A stretch of DNA of 64,000 bases from Eledone cirrhosa (lineage: Eukaryota). Positions within the stretch are counted from its first letter, which is position 1; each line of letters opens with the position of its first letter. Location: the NCBI GenBank assembly GCA_964016885.1, contig OZ024740.1:118730001-118794000 (forward strand), given 5' to 3'. Positions 12,178 through 22,572 of the stretch are shown piece by piece. A program made the translations under genes and the position numbers. A model generated the notes under the pieces. That model did no database searches, had not been told where the DNA came from, and saw nothing but the letters and a program-made list of their open reading frames with translations.

Positions 12178-14228
12178 GAAGAATTATGCATGGAAGAGCC
12201 ATTATGATAGATTACTAAATGAGGAGAATGCATGGGAAGAAGAGACCCTACCCCAAGTAGACCCTATAGAGGGGCCAGCAGTATAAGTCAGCAGCAGCGT
12301 AGTAAGTTAGGCAATCAGATATGAAGATGGGGAAGGCAACCAGTCCATCGGGTATAGCTGCCGAGATGCTGAAGGCATCTGGGTCTGTAGGTCACACTAT
12401 AACCACACATTTTGTTAACCAGGTAATACTAGAAGGTGTCATACCAAAAGATTGGTGCAGTAGCATCATTGTCAACTGCTTCAAAGGTAAAGGTGATGCA
12501 CTAGATAGAGGAAACTATAGAGGTATGAAGCTGATGGACCAGGTCATAAAAGTAACAGAAAGAATTATAGCACAGTTGATTAGGGACCGGGTGAAACTAG
12601 ATGAGATGCAATTTGGGTTTGTAAAGGAAGAAGCCCCACTGATACCCTCTTCCTTGTGAGGCAGTTACAGGAAAAGTACCTAGCTAAAAGTAAGCCACTC
12701 TACTTGGCATTCGTCGATCTCGAGAAAGCCTTTGACAGAGTTCCACGTGCTATAATCTGGTGGGCTCTTAGAAAACTAGGAGTAGATGAATGGCTTGTGA
12801 AAGCTGTACAAGACATGTATAGGGGAGCATTCAGCAAAGTTTGGATTAGCAATGAGTATAGCGAGGAATTTAGCGTACAGGTTGGTGTCCACCATGGCTC
12901 TGTTCTTAGCCCTCTCCTGTTCATCATTGTCCTGCAGGCAATAACGGAGAAGTTTAAGACTAGATGCCCATGGGAACTCCTGTATGCAGATGACCTCGCA
13001 CTTATAGCTGAATCTAACTAGAGAAGAAATTCAAAACTTGGAAGCAGGGACTAGAAAGAAAGGGTCTCAAAGTCAACATGACAAAGACTAAGGTCCTTGT
13101 AAGTAGACAAGAAAACAGAACCCAGATCCCCTCAGGGAAATGGCCTTGCTCAGTATGTAGGAAAGGTGTAGGTAGGTACTCAATTCTCTGGCCCAAATGC
13201 AAACAATGGGTACACAAGAGATGTAGCGGGATCTCAGGAAGCTTAATTATGAATGTAGGCTTCACATGTAGCAGCTGTGCTGGGACTGCAAGCAACAAAC
13301 AGCCACAGGAAACAAGTACCACCAATCTCTGGGAGGGCTCTCTAGAAACAGTAAACAGCTTCTGCTACCTAGGTGACCGAATTAGCTGTGGAGGTGGGTG
13401 TTCAGAAAGTACAATAACTAGAGTAAGAACTGGATGGAAGAAGTTCAGGGAACTACTGTCACTGCTAGCTGCAAAAGGCTTCTCCCTCAAAATGAAAGGC
13501 AGACTGTATGATGCGTGTATTCGAAGAGCAATGTTACATGGTAGTGAGACCTGGGCGCTGAAGGAGCAAGACTTACGTAGATTAAAAAGAAACGAAGCCT
13601 GCATGCTCCGATGGATGTGTAATAGTAATATACGCGAACGACAAAGCATAAATGAATTGAGAGAGAGACTGAGCATAAGAGGAATCAAATTCTGTGTGCA
13701 GGAGAGGCGGTTGCGTTGGTATGGACATGTGATGCGTATGAAGGATGACAGCTGCATAAAAAAGGTGCAGAGCACTAGAAGTCAATGGAACCCGCGGAGT
13801 GGGGAGACCCAAGAAGACCTGGGATGAGGTGATAGGGGCCGAACTTACCCAGTTGCACCTCTCAAAGGCGATGACACACAACCGTGATCTCTGGCATCAT
13901 GCAGTAATACAGAGTACCCGACCTCCCATGAGTACAAGCTGAAGCATATAGACAATATGCTCCCACACCCTCCCACTGCAAAATGGTCGTGGAGGTGCCA
14001 CGGCAAATAAGCACCCAGCCCACACTGTAAAGTGGACGTGTAGGCGCCACGGACAAAAGCACCCAGCACTCACTGTAAATGAGGTTGGTGTTAGGAAGGG
14101 CATCCAGGTGTAGAAATCAAGCCAAAATCAGTTCCTGTATGAGCAAGGCATCGTCAGCCGACCAGACACTCTCCACCATAGGACAACTTTCTAACCCATG
14201 CTAGCATGGAAGAACGGACGTAAAACAG

Positions 14229-14258
<30 letters not shown>
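12178..14258 (+). mobile_element. RTE-type LINE (PHD family), 5'-truncated, frameshifted RT
   Basis: NYRGMKL, QFGF, AFVDLEKAFD, GVHHGSVLSP, LLYADDL, C4HC3 finger, FCYLG; 3' UTR and (GAT)n tail. Confidence 0.95.
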
Positions 14259-14259
<1 letters not shown>

Positions 14260-14299
14260 ATATATATATACCATATGTGTATGTGTGTATATATATATA

Positions 14300-14710
14300 T
14301 TTATTAAAATAACAAATTAAAGTTTAACCAAAGAATCGCTGCTTTCACCTTTAACGGGATCCCATTAATGGTGAAAGCGGCGGTGGATTGGAAGTATCGG
14401 TAGAGGGTCGGACGCCATGCTTTCCAGCATAGTTACGTCCCTTTATGATCTGAGTTCAAATCCCGCCGAGGTCGAATTTGCCTTTCATCCTTACGGGGTC
14501 GATAAAATAAAGTACCAGTAATGCACTGGGTGATTGCTGGCCTTGTGCCTAAAGTAGAAACAATTAATGGTGAAAGCAGCGATTCTTTGCTTAAACTTTA
14601 ATCTGTTATTCTAATCAATATTTGCTCTACGGTTTTATATATTTTTATATATATATTATCCTTATTGAGCCCTCTTTGGATTTTAGTCTTCATATTTATC
14701 ATTATTACTC
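14300..14710 (+). mobile_element. Short inverted-arm plus tail module in (TA)n, interrupted by a SINE
   Basis: 14303-14349 is the reverse complement of ~14569-14614; same family as 29652-29800. Confidence 0.65.
14379..14562 (+). mobile_element. SINE family A
   Basis: Full-length; 15 bp TSD ATTAATGGTGAAAGC (14364-14378, 14563-14577). Confidence 0.92.
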
Positions 14711-14949
14711 CCTCTCTCTCTCTATATATATATATGTAAACACACATATATATGCACATATATACATTTGTATACACACACACACATATATATATAAATA
14801 TGAGAGCAGACCTCAGATCGCTGAGACTCACGGAGAAGATGACGAAGGACCGTAACAAGGGGAGAGATGGTGTGCTGAATAGAACCCGTCCAACTCTTGC
14901 AAGCAAGGAAAAGCGGATGTAAAATGATGATGATGATGTTATATATATC

Positions 14950-15893
14950 TGCTCTTGGGATGGTGGGTCTTCTGTATTACTGCATAAGGCCTGATATGTC
15001 AGTCCTGTGTCATCACATTTGAGAGGTTCAATTGTGTAAGGTCAGCCTTTACCAACTTATCCCAAATCTTCCTGGGTGTTCTCACTCCACGGCTTCCATC
15101 AACTATCAGTGCTCTGCAACCTTTTATACTGCTGTCCTCCTTTATACACATCTCATGTCCATACCAACACAATTTCCTCTCCTGCACACTACATTTGATT
15201 CTTCTTATGCCCAGTTTCACTCTCAGTTTATTCATGCTTTGTTTTTCACATATATTAGGATTACACATCGATCAGACCATGCAAGTTTCATTTCATTCCA
15301 ACCTTTATAAGTGCTCTGCATGCAACACCCAAGCATCACTGTCATACAACATTTTTCTTTGTATGCACACATCATACAGTCTGCCTTTCATTTTGAGGGG
15401 AAAGCCTTTTGTAGTTAGCAGTAGTAGTAGGTCCATGAACTTCTTCTATCTCATTCTCACTCTGGCTACAGCACCTTTAGAACACCCACCTCCACTGCTA
15501 ATTGGGTCACCCAGGTAGCAAAAGCTGTCTACTGCTTCTACTGAACCTTCCCAGAATTTGATAGCACTTGTTTCCTGTGGTGATTTGCTGCTTACTTCTC
15601 TAGTGCAACAGCTACATGTAAAAACCTATGATTTTAGATAATCAACCTGAGATCCACTACATATCTTGTATACCCAGTTTGCATTTGGGACAGATGATGG
15701 AATTTCTACCTACATCTTTCCTACACACTGAGCAAAGCCATTTCTCTGAGGGAATCAGTGCTCTGTTTTCTCTTCTACTTTCTAAGACTTTAGTCTTTGT
15801 CAGGATGAATTTAAGGCCCTTTGTTTCTAGGCCATGCTTCCAGGTTTGGAATTTTTTATTCAATTCTGCCATACACTCAGCTATGAGTGCAGA
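14950..15893 (-). mobile_element. RTE-type LINE (PHD family), older decayed fragment
   Basis: WKHGLETKGLK...WLCSVCRKDVGRNSIICPKC...WYGH. Confidence 0.9.
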
Positions 15894-17208
15894 CTTTCAC
15901 CCTTCTCTTTAACCCCACACCATATCATTTACATGCAATCCCAACGCATGTACATCTACACCCGTTTTGTGTGTGCACACATGTGTGTATATATATATAT
16001 GTACGTATATATGTATATGTACATATGTATGGGTTCGTGAGTGTGTATGTATATGCGTGCATATGTGTTTGCCTGCACCCCTGCACAACCATATAGTAGT
16101 ATGGACACCCAGACTATGAGCCCCCATATCACGTTAGCATGTACACATGTGGAGACGCAGACATATGTATGATACATGCATGAGACGCTGTGTCCAAAAA
16201 TACCTATGATACATATGATGTGTACATGAGCCTGTGGTGCCAGTGTGGGAGTGCAGGATGACCAGAATGGAAAGTCCATATCCCCTGCCACGAGCAAACG
16301 CATATAGTAATGTATGCCCCTCTGGCTCAACGTACCTTCCACGTGTGCCTCTGTGGGTGATGTATGACCGCTTTACATTGATGCATGTGTGGATGTGCAT
16401 GCATGTGCATATGCCCCTGGGTGAATGCGTACAAATGTCTATTTATCTATTTTCCTTTCTATATTCTTTCACACAATATGCACTTAACAGGTATCTTGCT
16501 CCTACTCGCAGTGTTTTAATAACCTCTCCAAACATTGTTTTTTATTAAAAAAAATGTTATAAACCTTTCTATGGTCTTTTCAAACACTAGCCTCATACCA
16601 TAATTCCTCATTTGTATATATTTTCATACACTAACCTCATACCATTCTCATCACCTCATTAATTCTTTATAGTGCAATTCCCCTTTAACAATGTCTAAAC
16701 ACTATGTCCACTCACCCTTCTGTGACAAACTCATGACCAGCAGAAACCCTCTTACCCCTGGTACAACACTACATTCTTTCATGCCCTATCATGCACAGAC
16801 CTATCATATTCACACCACATAAAGCACCTCTGCCTCACCACGTACACGCCAACATGTCTATGGAAAGCCTAAACACCACAACCTGCAAGTCTCATCAACC
16901 ATCGCTCCCCATCGTCACTATGCTCAAACCCCCACCCATCACACATGCCAAAACATTCCCCATAGCTAAACCACCAATCAAAACAACATAAATTGACCAA
17001 CATATGAAAGCCAAACACTAGACACTTATATGTTATTCATTCTGTCATTACAACAGCAGAAGTCCGATGAGCTTTTGATTACAGAGTCAGGCCAGATCAA
17101 TACAGATTGAACCTTGAGCTGATCAATAGCAAGACGCGCATCACCAATCAATAAACATAATGAAGGCTTAATAAACTGTCCTTGTTTTATTATTATAGAT
17201 ATATATAA

Positions 17209-17395
17209 GGGTGGTGGATTGGCAGTATTGGTAGAGGGTCGGACACCATGCTTTCCAGCATAGTTACGTCCCTTTACGATCTGAGTTCAAATCCGGCCGA
17301 GGTTGACTTTGCCTTTCATCCTTACGGGGTCGATAAAATATAGTACCAGTAATGCACTGGTTAATTGCTGGCCTTGTGCCTAAAGTAGAAACAAT

Positions 17396-17400
<5 letters not shown>
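17209..17400 (+). mobile_element. SINE family A
   Basis: Full-length unit with A/B boxes and core. Confidence 0.9.
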
Positions 17401-17431
<31 letters not shown>

Positions 17432-17437
<6 letters not shown>

Positions 17438-18192
17438 CTAAAATTAATTAAATTAAATTAAATTAAGGGAGTCATGTCCGAGACATGCGGCATATCCACC
17501 GTAGAATAAGCTCAAAGATTCCAATGAATAGATCCGAGCATTTTATATCAACTAGAAATTGATTGACATACATATATTTAAAATAAACACATGAAACAAT
17601 CACAGGGGATAATTTGTAAAGTGTGTAATCATACATAGTTATGTAGGTAACTAATTAAAGTTTAACTAGAGCATCAAATATTACCTTTTAAAAAAATTAT
17701 TAAACCTCCTTGTATTAAAATCGTCCTTTAATTATAATTAATTTAATTAAATTTTAGATATATAAACGGCTCCTTAATCGTAGAGCTTATTCAGTTGAAA
17801 GGATCCGGCTGCTATTTATAGCCACCCTATTCACGCCGATGTGGTGACGCTAGCCTGTTGTTAGTAGTTTTAGAAATGCAACACGTGCGATCGCTCACTC
17901 GCAGATTTGCATTAGATGTGTAAGCACAGATCGTTAAATCTTCCCCCTTGCTGAAGATCCAATATATGACTACTGTGACTTTACGGATTAACGGAGAAAT
18001 ATATTTCTTTAATGAAATATATACAAGGAGGATTAATCATTTTTTAAAAAGGTAATATTTGAAGCTCTAGTTAAACTTTAATTAGTTACCTACATAACTA
18101 TGTGTGATTACACACTTTACAAATTATCCCCTGTGATTGTTTCATGTGTTTATTTTAAATATATGTATGTCAATCAATTTCTAGTTGATATA
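17432..18192. mobile_element. Non-coding hammerhead-bearing element with ~172 bp inverted repeat (PLE pLTR or retrozyme-like)
   Basis: 17544-17715 is the reverse complement of 18021-18192; a second inverted pair at ~17432-17468 and 17724-17764; (TA)n on both flanks. Confidence 0.8.
17946..18028 (+). ncRNA. Type I hammerhead ribozyme with full stem III
   Basis: ccttg-CTGAAGA-tcc...gga-GAAA-tatatttc tttaat gaaatata-TA-caagg: 5 bp stem I, 8 bp stem III, AUA triplet. Confidence 0.88.
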
Positions 18193-18343
18193 TGTATATA
18201 TATATATATTGTTATACTTTAGGAGGGTCGTGTTGCCAATAAGAAACACACGCACCAGTTGCTTTCACTTCAATTTATTATAATAAATTTATAAATTTCC
18301 GGTTGGTTGGTTGGTTCCACAACCAGATGGTTGTTTATATATT

Positions 18344-18386
18344 GTCAAAGTTCTTTCGTCACACATTATGTGACCTCTTCAGTGGC
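18344..18386 (-). ncRNA. Minimal hammerhead ribozyme at PLE 3' end
   Basis: gcca-CTGAAGA-g gtcaca taatg tgtgac-GAAA-gaac-TT-tgac; weak stem I; relatives at 56321-56360 and 41328-41365. Confidence 0.7.
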
Positions 18387-18623
18387 TGGGGATTCTTTTC
18401 TTTGTTTTTGTGCCTCTCCTTTGTTCTGTCCTACGCCATCTTGTTTTTGTGTGTGTGTTGTGTGCTTAGTTTGCGCATGTGATACATCCGGGTGTCTGTG
18501 TGTGTTTATATTTGTTCATTTATTTGTTTATTTACATGTTACTGTTTGGTTATTTGTTCTATGTGCGTGTGTGTTTTCATTTTGTCCTTAATTGTAAGTC
18601 GTGATGTTGCTGTTCCACTCATG

Positions 18624-19646
18624 TTATCTATTTAATTTTGGTTGTAATTCATTTAAGTTTATTGCCTCTGTGATTTGTCTAAACATTGCGTCTTTTCTGT
18701 GTGCAGATTCTATTTTTATTTCTATGTTCTTTAATTTACCCTTATGTTCTATTTTAGCATGTTGGTAGAGTACAGATGATTCTTTACTATCTTGAAGGTC
18801 TCGCCAGTGTTCATTTATCCGTTCCCCTATACTACGAGCTGTCTCACCTATGTACACTAGATTTTTATCTCTACATTGTCCTTCAGTACATCTTATGCTA
18901 TATACTACATTTCTAGTTTTACAATTAATATGGGGGCTTAATTTACAGATTATACATTTCTTATCTATACAGGGAGGTCTTTGAGAAGGGTATGTCTTGC
19001 TAATAAGTGTTTTTATGGAGGTACCTGGTCTTTCTACTATCTTAATATTGAGTTTATGTTTATGTAGGGCCCTTCTAAATTTGTAAGCTAATTCACCTCT
19101 AGGGGTTGTATCGATGAACATTACACTCTGGTATTTATTGCTATCATACCATGAGTTTATTCTATTAGCCTTATTCCTAGTTCTTTCTATTTTATTCCAA
19201 AATTTGCTCCTATACAAGGGGCAAGTCCCATTTGTGTCAATATTTACCATTTTTTCCCATTTGGGTCTGGCTCCTCTAGACACTCTGATTTTATCTCTCT
19301 GATTGTAACCAGAGAACTGCATACGGTGGATGAAGTGTTGTATGTGTCTCTCTAGTTCTTCGGAGTAGCACATGCGGGACACGTTTCTCATCACCCGTAC
19401 CAAATCTGCAATCAGTATGTTGATTTTGGTATGGTCCGAAACAGCTGAGTTTTGGTGGATCAGATATTTGGAAGTCATGGGTTTGGCATAATGGGAATGG
19501 AGGATTTGTTTTTTGTTATTAATGGTATCTAACCAGAGCTCTGTGTCTAGTACAGGTAATCGATGGTTGGGGTGTTTGCTTGGGTAGTCTATAGTAACTC
19601 TAATACTCTGGTGGATGGAGTTAGCTATTTGCTGGATGCTTTCCAT
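18624..19646 (-). pseudogene. PLE RT thumb, Cys-rich linker and GIY-YIG endonuclease (open segment)
   Basis: 340 aa open frame, separated by a frameshift from upstream RT segments 19625-20014 and 20162-20554. Confidence 0.85.
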
Positions 19647-21350
19647 TGTGTTTTCTCTAATTCCTGACTATTCTCTAGTGGGGCTGTTTTAACTACGATG
19701 TTTATATCATCAACGTAGCGGGAGTACATTATCAGGGTTAAGGGGTCTTCTAATTGTTCTTTAAGTTTAAGTCTACTGTCCAACCATACCATGAATAGGT
19801 TAGCTATGTCGCCTGCAATGCTAACACCAATGGCTGCTCCCTCCTCTTGGGCATATGTTTTTCCATTAAATTTGAACATATGTTCCTTAAGGGTTAATGT
19901 TATGCTGGCCCCCACCGCATGTGCAATCATTTTCTTTAGTTCATCGTGGTTTTCGGGGGTCCGTATGGCTCTAGTCCACCCGTTCCGTCTATCTGTGTGG
20001 GTTTTCTTGGCCATTGAGGTAATGGTAGGTGGTCTGCCTCTTGCTGGTCTTGTATGGCACAGGTTGCTAAGGTCATATGTGTCTAGATAATTATTGCTAT
20101 AGATAAGTTTAAGTATGAGTCCCAGCTCACTGGTATCAATCCCACGGAATTCAACATTGCTCTAACTGATCATTTCTACGCATTTTTCCACACCAAAATC
20201 CACGTCAATAGATGGATACAGGGACACAACATCCATACTACCTATTATGCAGTTTGTTAGGTCCCTAGATCGGTTACTCTCGCCGATTCTGCTGAGGAGG
20301 TCCTCCGTTCTGTCACATACATCTGGGGACATTTCAATGATGGAGCGTATGATCAGGGAGAAGAAGTAGGACAGTCTGTAGTTACTAGCAATGTTAGCTC
20401 CACAGACTGGCCGTGTTGGTGGTCCTGTGACAGGGTCACTGCTCTTTTTATGGTCTTTTCGAAGCCCATACAACGCTGGCACGTCATTGTTCCAGGCCTG
20501 GAAGTTGTTGGCAGTCCTTTTGTTGGGCTGCATTATATTTGTCCACATCATCATATGGGCATTGAGGGATTTTTATCTATCCTCATGCTCTTGTGGTGTT
20601 ACTTCTCCTGTGTTAGTGATGTGGGGTTGCACTGCCTGGATGTAGTTTGGCAGACTGTCAACCGATATTCTGCCAGACTTGTCTGTTGGAAAGAATGCTA
20701 CCTCTCCATTACGCGAGCGCTGCATGAGCTTACGCAAGTCATTTGCAGATTTTTTCTCCCAGTTGCTGGGCCTCCATTCTATTATGCTGCTTGCTATATT
20801 GTTCTATAATATTTCTAAGTTTAGATCTAGCTATACTAAATTGTGCTTCTGTTTTTCATCGACCTGCGACAGCAATTGCGTGCGTTTGTTAAAAGCTAAA
20901 GTCGTGGCGTGGACTCGTCGCAGGTCGAACGACATATCGGAGGGATTATAAAAAGTAGAGTTCCAGGCTGCTGCTTTATGTGTACTAGTGCTATTGTTAG
21001 TTGTGTTGTTTCTATTTCTATTTCCACCAACAGCCTCATGGTTGTTTCTATGTCTCTCATTATTACTCCTGTCTCTTTCCTCTGGCTCATTGTTATTATC
21101 TACTCTATTTTGTGTGTCTGTGTCTTGGTTATTTTCTCTGTCCATAGTCTCCCTTCTCCTTTCAATCCTAATACCTTCCCTTATTTCTGTGCTACTGTCA
21201 TTACCTGTTTTCTGTGTCTGTGTGTTTGTTAAGATTGTGGTGGTGGTGAGAGGTTGAGAATATGTGTGCGTTGTTGTTGTTGTTGTTGATGTGTGTTGTT
21301 GTTGTCTCCGTGTATGTTATTATTTTTGTGTGTCGTTGTATATATATATA

Positions 21351-21441
21351 TAATTGTTTCTACTTTAGGCACAAGGCCAGCAATAACCAGTACATTTCTG
21401 GTACTTTATTTTATCGACCCTGTAAGGATGAACGGCAAAGT
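21351..21441 (-). mobile_element. SINE family A, 3' half
   Basis: Core and tail only. Confidence 0.8.
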
Positions 21442-22269
21442 TACATAAATATGCATAGATGTGGAGGAAGGTATGTAAACGTGTTTTCATAAATATTACA
21501 TTCTAAAAGTGCATTATGTTGGAAGTACAAGTTCACTTCAAAATTGTAAGCATAAAGAGAATATTGATTCTCTTACATATCATATATGCTAATCTTCTCA
21601 GAATTGATGATAATTGTAAACTATAAAAAATATATGAATCATTATCTAAAATATCTTGAACATTTATTCTCGTACAATGGGATATTACTAATCACAGACT
21701 AAACTTAATTAGTATTCTTTAAGAAAATTAATGATACTGCAGCTTTTACGAAAATGTAAGTAAATGAAATAACAAAACTCATTCAAGAACATGATATATC
21801 TTGAAATTAGTCTGATCATGTATTCACTAAAACGGATAATAGAATATATTAATCCAGAGTTAATTAGAATTAATAATATGCTCTGAAAGATAATACTTTA
21901 CAATACATATAAAATTATATATTCTACAATGATCAAATCAAAACTACAAAAGTCAAATTTTGGTCATTATGAATAATTATTTGATTATCTGAATTTAGTG
22001 GTAATACTCAAAATCTATAGGAACAGTATAATATTATTGAGCCAACAAAACTAACATGCAAATTTCCCTTAAATTATACCCTATCATTTCCTCTTACCCT
22101 CACCTGTCATCATTGTTCTTCATTCTTGCTCTGATTATGGGATAAAAAAATAGTCTTTTAACCTATATATTTACACCTATATTTTTCAGAATAAATTTCA
22201 TATCACAATTGAACATCAATAATTTAGATTCTCTTATACACACACACACAAATATAAATATATATATAT

Positions 22270-22568
22270 TTGAAAAAATGAGGAAGTTTCGTTTACATGT
22301 ATTAGTTTGTTATTGCATATCGACCTGTTATGTACATTTCATCACATACCCAGTTTGAGGAACGAACATATCAATAATCGAGCAGGGTCCATAATTCCTA
22401 TGGGTGACCTTGAGCCAATCCTCTGTGAAACACTTGTAACAGATTGATACACAATAAATATCTAATGCATTTAAACAAAACTTCCTCATTTTTTTCTAAT
22501 ATACACACCCTACCTGTGCATAGAATGCTTATTTTGGTACCACCACCAGTAATTCACTGAATAACCAA
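22270..22568 (+). mobile_element. Inverted-arm plus tail module with 3' half of a hammerhead
   Basis: 22272-22340 is an imperfect reverse complement of 22425-22496; contains GAAA-cacttg-TA-acag; same family as 40933-41098. Confidence 0.65.
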
Positions 22569-22572
22569 TGCT

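Larger units (their letters stand above)
18208..21338 (-). mobile_element. Penelope-like element (Neptune-like Cys-rich linker), 5'-truncated, disrupted RT and GIY-YIG
   Basis: PTDKSG, SMDVVSLYPSI, QEEGAAIG, YSRYVDD, LPVLD, CIDKKCIIC..NC, VVYSIRC...YIGETARSIGERINEH, EAI...LN; HHR in 3' region; (TA)n flanks. Confidence 0.93.

Noticed and set aside
13365-14103. Recurrent antisense ORFs in LINE copies
   Set aside because: Shadow frames of ORF2 and the 3' UTR; start and stop positions are not conserved between copies.
20555-20835. Possible selenocysteine read-through in the PLE ORF, as in some Naiad PLEs
   Set aside because: The in-frame stops read here are TAG, TAG and TAA, not TGA, and the endonuclease is C-terminal.
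22270-22500. Classical MITE with TIRs
   Set aside because: Arms vary between copies, a conserved tail lies outside the repeat and half a hammerhead is present; this fits a PLE-type inversion better.
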